This document shows positions 31,805 through 42,962 of a stretch of 64,000 nucleotides of DNA, in pieces; within the stretch, counting starts at the first letter, position 1, and the number at the start of each line of letters is the position of its first letter. The translations under genes were made by a program, and so were the position numbers. The stretch lies in the NCBI GenBank assembly GCA_025061115.1, contig JANZKC010000002.1:1-64000 (forward strand). The letters run 5' to 3'. Source of the DNA: Candidatus Culexmicrobium cathedralense (GTDB taxonomy: Archaea > Thermoproteota > Methanomethylicia > Culexarchaeales > Culexmicrobiaceae). The notes under the pieces were generated by a model, which did no database searches, was not told the DNA's origin, and was given only the letters and a program-made list of their open reading frames with translations.

Positions 31805-33606
31805 TCACTATCACCTCTGATGGGCATTTCGACTGGACTAACCTTTTTCTGATCCTCCAACATGATTGAATACATTTTGGCGTATAATCCCCTCCTAGCC
31901 ATAAGCTCCTCATGGGTGCCCATTTCAACTATTTGACCATCATCGAGAACAATTATCTTGTCAGCCAATTTAACCAATGACAAGCGCTGAGTAACTATGA
32001 AGGTTGTTCTCCCTTTCATTACTTCCTTCAAGTCTTCAACTAAAGCTTTCTCCGTTTCAGCATCCAAATTTGAGGTCGGATCATCCAAAATTAATATTCT
32101 CGGATTGGTTAGTAATGCCCTTGCTATGGCCAGCCTTTGCCTTTGACCTCCTGAAAGCGTAACCCCCCTCTCACCTATAACGGTATCATACTTCCTAGGC
32201 AAGGTCATTATAAAATCATGAATTTTTGCAGCTTTAGCTGCAGCAATTATGTCCTCCATCGAAGCATCAGGCTGCCCAAAAGCAATATTTTCTTTAATTG
32301 TTCCGCTGAAAAGAAATGGTTCCTGAGAAACGAAGGCAACTTGCCTTCTTAATGACTTAAGCTTAACATCCCTAATATCGACATTATCAATTAATATCCT
32401 ACCTCTATCCGGGTCGTAAAATCTCGGAATAAGCCTTATCAACGTGCTTTTCCCTGAGCCAGGTGGACCCAATAAAACTACCTTCTCGCCCGGATTAACT
32501 TTAAATGAAATATTTTTGAGGACAGGTTTACCTTTAATATAGCTGAAAGTTACATCTTCAAATTTAACTTCACCTTTCACAGGCGGAAGCTCTATTGCAT
32601 TTGGCTTTTCTTTAACTTCAGGAAGCCTCTCCATTATTTCAAATAATCTTTGAGCTGCAGTCATTGATCTTTGAAAACCGCTAATAAAGAATCCCAAGGC
32701 CCTCATCGGCCACATTAACATAAGCAAGTATGAATTAAATGCAGTTAACTCGCCAATCGTAAATTCTCCTCCAATTATCGCATAACCACCATACAGAAGA
32801 ATGAAAGCCATTCCCAACCCCAATATCAAGCGACCGCAATAACCATAAATCGACCTAATCTTAGCTGCCTTAACATTTAATTCAAAAAGCCTGTCATTCT
32901 CCCTCGAAAACCTCTCCAATTCAAAATCCTCAATTGCCAATGCCTTAACTGTCTTTATTCCACTTAAATTGCTGTTAACTATTGACGTTAAAACGCCAAT
33001 TTGATACCTTATGGTTGAGTAAAGTGGTCTAATCATGGAGCTATACTTCAAATTCACGATAATCATCACAGGCAGTATGAGCATGGTCAACAGGGAAAGC
33101 TTAAAGTTCATCTGAAACATGTAGACATAAGCCAAAATAGTAAGAGTTATCGCATTTATAAAGCTCCTTAATTGAAAAGATAAGAACCTTGACATAGCAT
33201 CTGTATCATTAGTTACTCTAGCAATTAGTTGACCGGTCGGAACTTCATCAAAGAAAGCGTAGGACTGCCTTTGAATTGCCTTAAAAACATCATTACGTAA
33301 ATCGAAAACAACATTTTGAGAAAAAAGAATGCTGGCATACCTTTCAAAGTAGCCTAGAAGGCTCATTAATGCCGTAACTATAATTATCAAAGCGGAATAA
33401 TATGGGATAACTTGGAAATTACCTGCACTTATCCCTTCATCAATTATGACTCTAGTAAACGAAGGTATTAAAACGCTTAGTAAAGATGATAAAAACATGC
33501 TTGCAACTGCAATTGCAAAATACTTTCGTTTCCTCAAAATATATGGTATCAACTTCAAAAACGTCTTAAAACTAGAACTTCTAGACTTTATCGTAACTGC
33601 GTCCAC
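31801..33606 (-). CDS. ABC exporter, fused permease/ATPase (degenerate Walker B/H-switch subunit)
   Basis: TMD plus GPPGSGKS, LSGGQRQ, LDDP, TQR; overlaps partner by 4 nt. Confidence 0.95.
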   Translation of the reverse strand: MDAVTIKSRSSSFKTFLKLIPYILRKRKYFAIAVASMFLSSLLSVLIPSFTRVIIDEGISAGNFQVIPYYSALIIIVTALMSLLGYFERYASILFSQNVVFDLRNDVFKAIQRQSYAFFDEVPTGQLIARVTNDTDAMSRFLSFQLRSFINAITLTILAYVYMFQMNFKLSLLTMLILPVMIIVNLKYSSMIRPLYSTIRYQIGVLTSIVNSNLSGIKTVKALAIEDFELERFSRENDRLFELNVKAAKIRSIYGYCGRLILGLGMAFILLYGGYAIIGGEFTIGELTAFNSYLLMLMWPMRALGFFISGFQRSMTAAQRLFEIMERLPEVKEKPNAIELPPVKGEVKFEDVTFSYIKGKPVLKNISFKVNPGEKVVLLGPPGSGKSTLIRLIPRFYDPDRGRILIDNVDIRDVKLKSLRRQVAFVSQEPFLFSGTIKENIAFGQPDASMEDIIAAAKAAKIHDFIMTLPRKYDTVIGERGVTLSGGQRQRLAIARALLTNPRILILDDPTSNLDAETEKALVEDLKEVMKGRTTFIVTQRLSLVKLADKIIVLDDGQIVEMGTHEELMARRGLYAKMYSIMLEDQKKVSPVEMPIRGDSD

Positions 33607-33705
33607 TGAAGTTTTAATCCCAACACCTCCCTGTAGCTACATACTCGTATGGAGCTTGATTATATAGAATATAATCATCCTAGATAAAAATGTTACGTAG
33701 ATAAC

Positions 33706-34832
33706 TCACAAACTATTACCTTTACCTCCATGCTTATATGCTATGGCGCAGGCACCTTCGCTAGAAACCATGCATGGCCCAACTGGATTTAGCGGATTAC
33801 ACGTCCTAGCAAAGAGCGGGCATTCCCATGGCATTATTAGACCTCTTAAAACATCGCCACACCTGCATCCCGGAGGCATTTCATAGCTCTCTTCAACCTC
33901 AAGGTCAAATTTCAACTCTGCATCATACTTCTCAAACTCACTTTTAAGCTTCAATCCCGAATTCGGAACCCTACCAATTCCCCTCCAGTCGGCATCGTAA
34001 ATGTCAAATACTTCCTTCATCATTCTCTGCGCCTTCACATTGCCCTCCTCCTTAACAACCCTCGCATATTCATTGAAAACATCATAGTGACCCTCCCTAA
34101 TCATTTGAATGAGCATCGCAGTTCCTATCAAAACATCAATCGGCTCAAATCCAGCTATGACCATTGGAGCCCTAAACCTCTTCGCAATCGGTCTATAAGG
34201 TTTAACTCCAATTATAGTTGAAACGTGACCTGGACAAATGAAGCCATCTATTTTAAGTTCACCGAGCCTAAGCAGGAACTCCATGACCGGCGGAATAAGC
34301 AGGTGAGTGCATATTATCGAGAAATTGCTGGGAGGCTTTTCAAGCAGAACTGCAGCTGTGGATGGAGCAGTAGTTTCGAATCCAATTGCAAAGTGAACCA
34401 CCTCCTTATCCGGATTATTAAGAGCTAACTTAACCGAATCCCAAATACTATACACCACAACAACATTTCCACCCATGGACTTAGCTTCCATAAGCGATTG
34501 CCTCGTCCCCTTAACCCTAAACATGTCTCCAAAAGTAGTTACTATCACGTCATTCCTCATTGAAAGCTCAACCGCCTCCTGAACTTTAACTGGAGAAGCC
34601 ACGCATACTGGGCATCCTGGACCTGCTCTCAAATCTACTTTAGAAATTAAACTTCTAATTCCAAAGTGGGTTATCGTATATTCGTGAGTCGGCCAGCCGC
34701 TTAATGCGGCTGTGTGCCGCACACATGCATAACTAGGAACCTATCCTCACCGCACAACCTATTTATATATGCAACCAACTTCTCAGCCAATTTCCTATCC
34801 CTATACTTTGAAATCAAATCGAGAAGTTCCAT
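33706..34832 (-). CDS. hypD: Hydrogenase maturation protein HypD, interrupted by a 26-nt candidate intron (exons 34832-34714 and 34687-33706; 366 aa spliced)
   Basis: GPGCPVC, GFETT, PGHVS, CRCG..C..C..GPCMVSSEGAC; MHVCGTHEY restored on removing 34688-34713; GGGGGTGA RBS. Confidence 0.92.
34688..34713 (-). other. Candidate bulge-helix-bulge mRNA intron
   Basis: GUG-CGGC-AC^A-CAGCCGC-AUUAA-GCGGCUG-GCCG-AC^U-CAC: 4-bp helix, two 3-nt bulges, 7-bp inner stem, exon-exon outer helix. Confidence 0.88.
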
Positions 34833-34846
34833 CACATTCACCCCCA

Positions 34847-35329
34847 TCAGCTTGCCAATGCATAATATAGAAGTGAAAATGCAAATGCGCAAACCGCAAA
34901 GTTAGCTAAATGATTATCATACCTTACATTTGCAATTTTAAAGTCCATTCCATGCTTAATAAAGAAATCCAATGTGAAACCAATAGTTCTAACTCCAGAA
35001 GGATTTAGCGCATCCAAAAGCCAGTGAAGAAAGACAGCTAAAGCAGCAACTACGGGATTAAAGCGAATCAAATACGCAACTATTGGAGCCAATGCAGTAA
35101 ACGTATAAACGCTATGCGTTAACCCGCACCTATGCTGAATTAACCCCTTAAACAAGTGGTCAAAATCAGGAGCTATACCAAATATTGCACCCTGAACTCC
35201 AAGAGAAATAAACGAAAGATCAACAAATGAAGCTAAATCGGATTGAATATCAACTTCAAACCCATATAGAAGCTTAGCTAGAATTACAGAAAAAGTCCAG
35301 CCCACAACTAAATGCGTGTACTTCTGCAT
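34847..35329 (-). CDS. Membrane-bound metal-dependent hydrolase (YdjM-like)
   Basis: TH...PDFDH...HRCGLTHS...HWLLDALNPSG. Confidence 0.85.
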   Translation of the reverse strand: MQKYTHLVVGWTFSVILAKLLYGFEVDIQSDLASFVDLSFISLGVQGAIFGIAPDFDHLFKGLIQHRCGLTHSVYTFTALAPIVAYLIRFNPVVAALAVFLHWLLDALNPSGVRTIGFTLDFFIKHGMDFKIANVRYDNHLANFAVCAFAFSLLYYALAS

Positions 35330-35736
35330 TACAATCTCCACAAATGAGAAGCAGGTAAGCACTTATTAAATTTTGGAAGTTAATGGTGCAACCTTAATTT
35401 GAAACTTTTAAAAAGGCTTGATTTGAAGGTGCCCTAGAACCTACCTCCTAAAAAGACTTAGAAGCAGCTGAGCAGTATAGGGAAGAGATCGAGAGCCTGT
35501 CTTGCAACGTTAAATAAATTAGTTAACTAAGGAATTCATAGGTAATGAAATTTACAAGCAGTTTTTAGCTTAGGTAGCTAGAGAGCTCCTTTAAGTTAGT
35601 GGTTTTCCATTCCGTTAGTTTAGTTACTCTAGATGTTTAAAATAACTATGGACGCTGAGTTAGGAGAACGTTATCTCGTTCATATTGCAGTCTGATATCT
35701 GCTATAATTGGCCGTTGAGTTGGCTTAGAAAATTAC

Positions 35737-36570
35737 TTAAAATATGTTATTGTTTTTGGGTTTTATTTTGAATTGGCAGTATGGATCTCCTCTTGCTATG
35801 CATTTGGTTTCGATGGCGATTACTTCCTTATTAAAGAAGCTGCCAAACCATCCTGCCATCATTCCTCTAACGAGGTGTGATTCTGGCTTGTTAGATCCTT
35901 TGAAGAGTTCACATTCGAAGCCGTCATATATTTTCACCGTTGCTTCGCATTTATCTAAATCATAGTATTCAACTTTCATAATTCCGCTTCCTGCATGTTG
36001 GAATAAGGTCTGTGCAGTCTTAATCAGCTTCTCCGGATTCCTCCCCGCAATCTTTTTATGCGATTCATACGCTAATCGTCCAATCTCATATCCCGCGAGG
36101 TAAAGGATCATATCATATCCGGTGCCTATCTTCTCCCTCAGCACTTTACTTAATGCTAAGTAGTTTCTCTTGTAAAATATAATTGCCCTTTCACCGCCAA
36201 CCATAAATGGGAAGAAGTAGGAATCAATTGTGAAGCCATCGAACAATGGAGTAATAATCCTAACATCCTTAACGTATGACAGCCTCCTCAAAATTGTGAG
36301 AAGATTAAAAGCGACGTTCACGTCTCGCCCACTTAAATCAATAAAGACAACCGCATGAGACTTCCCTTTAGGATTAAAAGAGACAGCAAGATGAATGATC
36401 GGAATACCTCTTGAAGAAAAGGCCTTAGTAATTTGCCCCAAAATACCAGCATGATAAATCGCCCTCTCATCCAATACAAAATGAAAACCATAAACAGTCC
36501 TATTGGGAAAATGAACAAACAACTGAAAATTAAAGGGAACCTCCCCTTCAACCAAACCTATCATATCCAA
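35737..36570 (-). CDS. ACT-like + V4R domain protein
   Basis: GILGQIT..FS (ACT-like), FEC, RGMMAG, ETKCIARGDPYCQF (V4R). Confidence 0.85.
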   Translation of the reverse strand: MDMIGLVEGEVPFNFQLFVHFPNRTVYGFHFVLDERAIYHAGILGQITKAFSSRGIPIIHLAVSFNPKGKSHAVVFIDLSGRDVNVAFNLLTILRRLSYVKDVRIITPLFDGFTIDSYFFPFMVGGERAIIFYKRNYLALSKVLREKIGTGYDMILYLAGYEIGRLAYESHKKIAGRNPEKLIKTAQTLFQHAGSGIMKVEYYDLDKCEATVKIYDGFECELFKGSNKPESHLVRGMMAGWFGSFFNKEVIAIETKCIARGDPYCQFKIKPKNNNIF

Positions 36571-37271
36571 TTTTAAACCTCCACGAAATAATGTATAAGA
36601 TATATTTTTAACAATTTATCTTACAAAATCATTTAGCCTAGGATACAATTAAATAGTTGTCCATTATGCTTAATATTTCACATAAGACATACTTTTGCAC
36701 TTGTTACCTTCACTTTCTTTTCCTTTCAGGATGCCTGTCTTATAGGAGTGTGACTGCATTACATAACGCATGAATCTTCGGATGGGACTTACAGCTACAA
36801 TGCTTTGAGTGATCATCATGTTCCATTTAGGTTGAATTGCACGGCTGTGATTTTCTACAATTACTTAACTACCGCTCCCTATCAACACCATCCAATGTCT
36901 GAGAGAATCCTAAGGAGAATTCATTCGAGAAAATTGAGATTAGAAATGGCGGGAGTTAAATTAAATGTCTAAGTAATAAGGATCTCAATAGGCTACTTAA
37001 AACGGCTAGAGAAACATATGCATTTAAAGAACAACTAAATAATTTATCAAAGTAAATTATAGCATAAAGCAAAATCCAATAAACTCTTTATTGCATAAAA
37101 TTATTATTTCTTAGTGTTTCACTTACTTTCTGCTTAGCAGTCGTTTTACTTTGAATTCTCTAAATACATTCTATGTTTACAGCATCCCTCGATCGTAGAA
37201 CGTATTTAAATCACCACCGAAATACCATTAAGTACTTAAAATTCCCTTCAAAATCCATTCTAGTGGAGAGT

Positions 37272-38522
37272 ATGCCAGCTAGAATCTCGCCAACATTATG
37301 CGCGCAGTGTAAGGGAAGTCGAAGGCTTTGTGGGAGAATTAAGTGTCCAATATTAGTTAGACTTGAAGCTCAATTGGATCTCGAGGAAAAGCTAAGGCGA
37401 AATGTAGTTTTTGGAGCAACGCCGCCGGAGATTCTTGTTGGAGAATTTGGGTACCCTGAAGTTAGAGTCGGTCCTTTAATACCTCCAATTCTTGATGATG
37501 AAGTCGCAGCAGAATACGGAAATCCTTCGAAATGGTATGGCAAAAAGCTTGAGGATATCATTAAGATTAGATCTAAAATTGTAAGAGCAAGTTTTAAAGT
37601 TAAGGTTAGAGAAGCCTCAACGCTAAGTAGTAGGCTTTTAAATTTAACTCAAGAGTTAGCAATGTCCATTAAGCCAGTCGATACTGAAGCGCACTTCCGT
37701 AAGCCTCCAACGCCGAGAATAGCTTTTGACGGAGTATTATCTCCAATTGGCCCATCAGCTAACATTAGGAAGTTAATTATCGCAGAAAATCCATCAGTTC
37801 CAAAGCGAGTCGAACAGGCAATATATGATTATGATGCTAGAGCCAGCATAATTGTTGGAGAGCTCTACGACAGAGGATACTCAAACTATTATTTAACACA
37901 ACTATTAACAGCAGGGCTTCTCGGCCAAAGACGCGAAAGACGCATAGTACCAACTCGATGGGGAATAACAGCCGTAGACTCCATAATTGGAGATCACATC
38001 CTAGAGAAAATTAGGGATTATCAAGAGCTCAACCAAATACTACTATACTCAAACAGCTACCTCGACAATCACTACTACATTCTACTAATGCCAGGAGCGT
38101 ATGCATTTGAAATGATCGAAATCTGGCTTCCACAGACAGTTTGGGTAAAAGAGGTCAAACCCTACATAGTAGAAAACTTCGAACTATACGATGGTAAGTG
38201 GAGGAGGAGCGACATAGACGGAGGATACAAGGCAATGCGACTGGCTGTACTAGAACATTTAAACAAGATTAAAAGGCAAGCAATGACCCTAGCAGTAAGG
38301 GAAATAGGTCCAGGATATTACTGCCCAGTTGGCGTTTGGCAAGTTAGAGAGGGGATGAGAAAAGCATTTCTGAAAAAGCCACAGAGATTCTCCAGCATAG
38401 ATGAAGCACTAAAAATTATTCAAACAAAAATTAGAGTAAAGCCTCAATACTGGATTAATGAAGCGCGAATTGTGAAGTTATTCAAGTTTCAAAGAAAAAT
38501 AACATCATATTTTAAGCAATAA
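37272..38522 (+). CDS. nreA: Archaeal DNA repair protein Nre
   Basis: CAQCKG...LCG...CP, VPTRWGITAVD, GGY, PVGVWQVRE, C-terminal PIP box QRKITSYF. Confidence 0.92.
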   Translation: MPARISPTLCAQCKGSRRLCGRIKCPILVRLEAQLDLEEKLRRNVVFGATPPEILVGEFGYPEVRVGPLIPPILDDEVAAEYGNPSKWYGKKLEDIIKIRSKIVRASFKVKVREASTLSSRLLNLTQELAMSIKPVDTEAHFRKPPTPRIAFDGVLSPIGPSANIRKLIIAENPSVPKRVEQAIYDYDARASIIVGELYDRGYSNYYLTQLLTAGLLGQRRERRIVPTRWGITAVDSIIGDHILEKIRDYQELNQILLYSNSYLDNHYYILLMPGAYAFEMIEIWLPQTVWVKEVKPYIVENFELYDGKWRRSDIDGGYKAMRLAVLEHLNKIKRQAMTLAVREIGPGYYCPVGVWQVREGMRKAFLKKPQRFSSIDEALKIIQTKIRVKPQYWINEARIVKLFKFQRKITSYFKQ

Positions 38523-38589
38523 GCAAAATTGTTCTAGAAAAATTGTTGCATATATTAATAATCTTAAAGTTGATGCGAAAGAATCCATA

Positions 38590-40302
38590 TTATGAGATGA
38601 TGAATGGACGCTTAATTTTCTTCCTAACTTCATTTAGTTCAGCATTAATTCTATTTAGGAAGTCATCCGGGAGCTTCTTGAAAAGCAGTTTTGGTTTGGC
38701 AATCTCATGGCCAGGTTTTAAAGTTAGCTTTGCCGCGTAATCCCACCTGGAATCATGAACCGAGCCTTCCAACTTAAGAAGAGACCACAATTTTTCAGCT
38801 GTAAAAGGCATGAAGGGCTCCATTAAGATTGCTAAGGACTTCACTGCGTTGGCGGCAAGCCAAAGCGTAGTGGATGCATCTTTCAAATTCACCTTGATTT
38901 TGCGCCACGGCTCTTTTACATTTATATACTGATTGCCTTGCCTTGAAAACTCCAGAAGAGCTTCAGCCGCTAGCTTTAACCTCATATTCATAATGAGCCC
39001 ACCAATTTTTGATGGCGCTCTCTCAATTTTCTTGACGAAATCCTCATCTTCAACATCGAATTCAGCTGGCTCCGGAACTTTTGCTTTGAAGTACCTATAA
39101 ATGAAAGTGAGCGTCCTATGCACAAAATTTCCAAGGTTATCGTTTAGCTCAGCATTGACTATCCTATAGAAGTCCTTCCAAGTGAAGTTTAGATCCCTAA
39201 CTTCAGGCCTCATCATTATGAGAGCGAATCGCCAATAGTCAGCCTCAAAAAGCTCCAGCGCTTCATCTAACCATACACCTATGCCTCTACTTTTGCTAAA
39301 CGCTTGACCTTCAAACATCAAGTACTCTATGGCAGATATTTGCCAGGGAAGCACGTAGTTTTCACCCGAAGCGATAAGCATGGCTGGAAGGATGATTGCA
39401 TGAAAGGGAATGTTATCTTTACCAATAAAGTACACTGTTCTAGCATCACTATTTAGCCAAAACTCCTTCCACCTATCTGGCTCACCTTGATTTATGAAGT
39501 ATTGTAAAGTAGCTGAAAGATAGCCTAGCAGCGCTTCAAACCACACATAAATTGTTTTACCTTCAGCACCTGGGAAGGGAGCTGGAATTCCCCACTCATT
39601 ATCCCTAGTTACCGATCTGGCCTTCAAACCCTCCTTTAGCCATGACTTACAGTAATTTTTAACGTTATCCGGAAAACGCGGGTGATTCTCTACAAATTCA
39701 GCTAGCCTACTGGTGAGCTTAGGCAAGTCAAAAAACCAGTGCTTAGTCGACTTAATGATTGGAGGCGACTTGCAGAAAACGCAGTAAGGATCAATAAGGT
39801 CAAGTGGGTCTAGAAGCCTTCCACAATTATCGCATTGATCTCCCCTAGCTGACGGATAACCACAATATGGGCATTTCCCTTCCACAAACCTATCTGGAAG
39901 AAAAGTCTTACAGTTTTCGCAGTAAGGCAGGCTCACATTTTTCTCATAAACATAGCCATTTTCATAGAGTTTCATGAAGAACTTTCTAACAAAGTCTATG
40001 TGAACTGGGTTTTCAGTTCTTGTGTAATTGTCGTAGCTTATTCCAAACTTCTTAAAAAGCTCTACAACATAGTTATGCAACTCATCCGTTAAGACTTTAG
40101 GCGAAATGTTCCTCCTTCTAGCTTCAACCTCGATTGGAGTACCATGCTCATCAGAGCCACTTACAAAAACAACTTCCTCTCCTTTAAGCCGAAGATATCT
40201 GGCTAATACATCCGGTGAAACTACGCATGCAATTAAAGTACCTAAGTGTGGAATAGCATTAACGTATGGCCATGCTCCGCATATCACCCATTTTCCCATC
40301 AC
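38590..40302 (-). CDS. metG: Methionine--tRNA ligase
   Basis: [19 protein letters not shown], zinc knuckles, [18 protein letters not shown]. Confidence 0.97.
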   Translation of the reverse strand: MMGKWVICGAWPYVNAIPHLGTLIACVVSPDVLARYLRLKGEEVVFVSGSDEHGTPIEVEARRRNISPKVLTDELHNYVVELFKKFGISYDNYTRTENPVHIDFVRKFFMKLYENGYVYEKNVSLPYCENCKTFLPDRFVEGKCPYCGYPSARGDQCDNCGRLLDPLDLIDPYCVFCKSPPIIKSTKHWFFDLPKLTSRLAEFVENHPRFPDNVKNYCKSWLKEGLKARSVTRDNEWGIPAPFPGAEGKTIYVWFEALLGYLSATLQYFINQGEPDRWKEFWLNSDARTVYFIGKDNIPFHAIILPAMLIASGENYVLPWQISAIEYLMFEGQAFSKSRGIGVWLDEALELFEADYWRFALIMMRPEVRDLNFTWKDFYRIVNAELNDNLGNFVHRTLTFIYRYFKAKVPEPAEFDVEDEDFVKKIERAPSKIGGLIMNMRLKLAAEALLEFSRQGNQYINVKEPWRKIKVNLKDASTTLWLAANAVKSLAILMEPFMPFTAEKLWSLLKLEGSVHDSRWDYAAKLTLKPGHEIAKPKLLFKKLPDDFLNRINAELNEVRKKIKRPFIIS

Positions 40303-40345
40303 TTATCTCCTCGCGGCTCGCATAATTTAAGTGCGTTAGAAAAAA

Positions 40346-41218
40346 TTAAGTATTACTGGGCTCCTGAGAAGCGGCAGGCTCCATGAGCTTTCTCTTAAAC
40401 CTAACTGCGCCAGATTTTACGTGAGGAGTGCGAATCACCGAGTCAATTGACTTTTCAATTTCCCTAGCTTCATCAGCGAGCTTCGCTGCAAATCTCATTA
40501 GCTCATGTGCAGCAGCAACAATTGGAATATACTGCTCCCTACGCTTAAGTACGTAGCATCCCCTCGTCGATAGGCGAGCAACTCTTCTAGCAGCTTCATA
40601 GCACGCAATGGCCTTGGCTCTCGCGTATGGGTTTGTGAAGCCCCCATAATTGTTCACTACGAATTCCGCTGAACCAATTATTTTTGGAAGATCAACTTTA
40701 CCTCCAGACTTAATTTGACTTATAATGCGGTCAATTTCACTGACAATCATCCTAAACACGCCAGCTACTGCAAGAACCCTTAAGACATCGCTGTTGAATA
40801 GCACCATTTCAGTCGCATCCAAGAAATCCCTTCTAGCACCAATCATGGAGTCAGCTTCAACAATTATGTACCCAAATCCCTCAGACTCAAGCTCATCGGC
40901 AACTTTCTTGGCAGGCTCATCAGATATTATAATGATTGAAGCGTTAGGCAACCTTTTCCTCAATTCCCTTCTACCAGCAGTCGGCCCTTCGAGAGCAGCA
41001 TTTGGAGTAACAACTACTACTAGTTGAGGCTCAAACCTTGCAGCTTCAACTGAAACTTCAATACAGTCCTCTGGACTCATTTTACCGCCAGTGGAGTACA
41101 CTCTAACTTTAATGTCCTCCCTATTAGAACGCTCGTCCAAAGCTATCTCTAGTAGGGGAGAGCAACCTATGCAGCCAAACTTGACAACCGCAATTCTAAC
41201 TGGCTCCAAATCATTCAC
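40346..41218 (-). CDS. mtd: F420-dependent methylene-H4MPT dehydrogenase
   Basis: KFGCIG, LDER..REDI, GKMSP, PNAA..GP, DSMIGARR.FLD.TEM..FN, AAAHE, RTPH. Confidence 0.93.
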   Translation of the reverse strand: MNDLEPVRIAVVKFGCIGCSPLLEIALDERSNREDIKVRVYSTGGKMSPEDCIEVSVEAARFEPQLVVVVTPNAALEGPTAGRRELRKRLPNASIIIISDEPAKKVADELESEGFGYIIVEADSMIGARRDFLDATEMVLFNSDVLRVLAVAGVFRMIVSEIDRIISQIKSGGKVDLPKIIGSAEFVVNNYGGFTNPYARAKAIACYEAARRVARLSTRGCYVLKRREQYIPIVAAAHELMRFAAKLADEAREIEKSIDSVIRTPHVKSGAVRFKRKLMEPAASQEPSNT

Positions 41219-41293
41219 CCCCCTAAATTAGCTTTCTAAAAATATAAGTATATGAGTGTAAGATTTGGTGAAAGTGACTGAATTTACGGAGGT

Positions 41294-42952
41294 TTGCGGA
41301 TGTCCTCATGCGAAATGAAACCAATTATTGAAATAGCTAAAATGCTTGGATTAAGCGAAGACGACATAGAGCTCTACGGCAAGTATAAAGCCAAGATCAA
41401 ACTTGAGGTTTATGAGCGATTAAAGAACAAGCCAGACGGGAAACTCATAGTAGTAACAGCAATAACGCCAACCAAAGCAGGCGAAGGAAAAACAACTGTA
41501 GCAATAGGACTTGGAGAAGCGCTTGGAAAGCTAGGTAAAAAGAATATAGTAGTACTGAGGCAGCCATCACTTGGACCAATTTTTGGAATAAAGGGAAGCG
41601 CATGTGGAGGTGGACGCGCCCAAGTAGTTCCAATGGAAGACATCAGCCTACACTTCACAGGAGACTTGCATGCAATCACAGTTGCGCACGACCTATTAGC
41701 TGCAATGCTAGATAACCACATTTACAGAGGCAATGAACTAAACATCGACATACACAACATCCTACTAAAGAGAGTACTAGATGTCGAAGATAGGCCGCTT
41801 AGACATATAGTTATAGGACTTGGAGGAAAGTTGGGCGGAATACCCAGAGAAAGCGGCTTCGAAATAACCGCAGCATCAGAGGTAGCTGCAATACACGCAC
41901 TTGCAGTCAATTTGAAAGACCTAAAAGAAAGGCTGGCCAGAATGACGATAGCATATACAAAAGATGGAAAGCCAATAACCCCAGCAGACATTAAAGCCCA
42001 CGGAGCAATGACTGCACTCTTAAAAGACACACTAAAGCCAAATCTAGTTCAAACCTTGGAGAATACGCCTGCAATAGTTCACGGAGCACCATTCGCGAAC
42101 ATAGCTCACGGCTGCCCCAGCTTAATCGGAATAAAGATGGCGTTAAAGCTCGCAGACTACGTGATTGTAGAGCCAGGATTCGGAGCAGACTTAGGCTTAG
42201 AAAAGTTCTGCGATATAGCTTGCAGAATCGGCAATTTGAAGCCAGATGTAGCAGTCATAGTTACATCAATACGAGCTCTCAAAGTTCATGGAGGAGTTAA
42301 ATTTAAAGAAGTAGACAAGCCTAATGTTGAAGCAGTCCGAAAAGGACTTGAAAACCTCGAGAAGCAAGTTGAAAATGCAAGGAAATTCGGACTGCCAGCA
42401 GTAGTTGCGATTAATAGATTCCCAAGCGACACGGATGAAGAGGTAGATTGCGTCAAAAAGTGGTGTGAAGAAAAGAAAATACCAGTAGCAGTAGTTGAAG
42501 TATTCCAGAAAGGCGGGGAAGGAGGAATAAAATTAGCTGAAAAAGTACTCGAATTACTTGAAAAAGAAAAGGCAAACTTCAAATTCCTCTACGACCTAGA
42601 CATGCCGATTGAAGAAAAAATCAAGACAATTGCAAGAGAAATGTATGGAGCTGACGATGTCGAATTCACACCCGAAGCCAAGAAGGCAATAAGAAAGATA
42701 AAGAAACTTGGATTCGACAAACTACCAATAAACATGGCCAAAACACCGCTCTCATTAACCGATAACCCAAAGAAGGTTGGAAGGCCAAAAGGATTCAAAA
42801 TTAAAATTACGGATATAAGGCCATTCACTGGCGCAGGATTCCTCGTAGCATACTGCGGAGAGATTAACACGCTGCCAGCACTGCCGTCAAAGCCAGCAGC
42901 AGAGGAAATCGACGTTGATGTTGAAACCGGAAGGATAATTGGACTTAGATAG
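41294..42952 (+). CDS. fhs: Formate--tetrahydrofolate ligase
   Basis: TPTKAGEGKTT, LRQPSLGP.FG.KG, LHFTGD, PFANIAHG, GFGADLG.EKF, MAKT. Confidence 0.96.
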   Translation: MRMSSCEMKPIIEIAKMLGLSEDDIELYGKYKAKIKLEVYERLKNKPDGKLIVVTAITPTKAGEGKTTVAIGLGEALGKLGKKNIVVLRQPSLGPIFGIKGSACGGGRAQVVPMEDISLHFTGDLHAITVAHDLLAAMLDNHIYRGNELNIDIHNILLKRVLDVEDRPLRHIVIGLGGKLGGIPRESGFEITAASEVAAIHALAVNLKDLKERLARMTIAYTKDGKPITPADIKAHGAMTALLKDTLKPNLVQTLENTPAIVHGAPFANIAHGCPSLIGIKMALKLADYVIVEPGFGADLGLEKFCDIACRIGNLKPDVAVIVTSIRALKVHGGVKFKEVDKPNVEAVRKGLENLEKQVENARKFGLPAVVAINRFPSDTDEEVDCVKKWCEEKKIPVAVVEVFQKGGEGGIKLAEKVLELLEKEKANFKFLYDLDMPIEEKIKTIAREMYGADDVEFTPEAKKAIRKIKKLGFDKLPINMAKTPLSLTDNPKKVGRPKGFKIKITDIRPFTGAGFLVAYCGEINTLPALPSKPAAEEIDVDVETGRIIGLR

Positions 42953-42962
42953 GTGCAAGGAT

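Noticed and set aside
30002-33606. Degenerate ATPase motifs in the ABC pair as novelty
   Set aside because: Standard asymmetry of TM287/288-type heterodimeric exporters
33706-34892. hypD as a frameshifted pseudogene or as two ORFs
   Set aside because: The break is a discrete 26-nt insert with exact BHB geometry, and all functional motifs are intact
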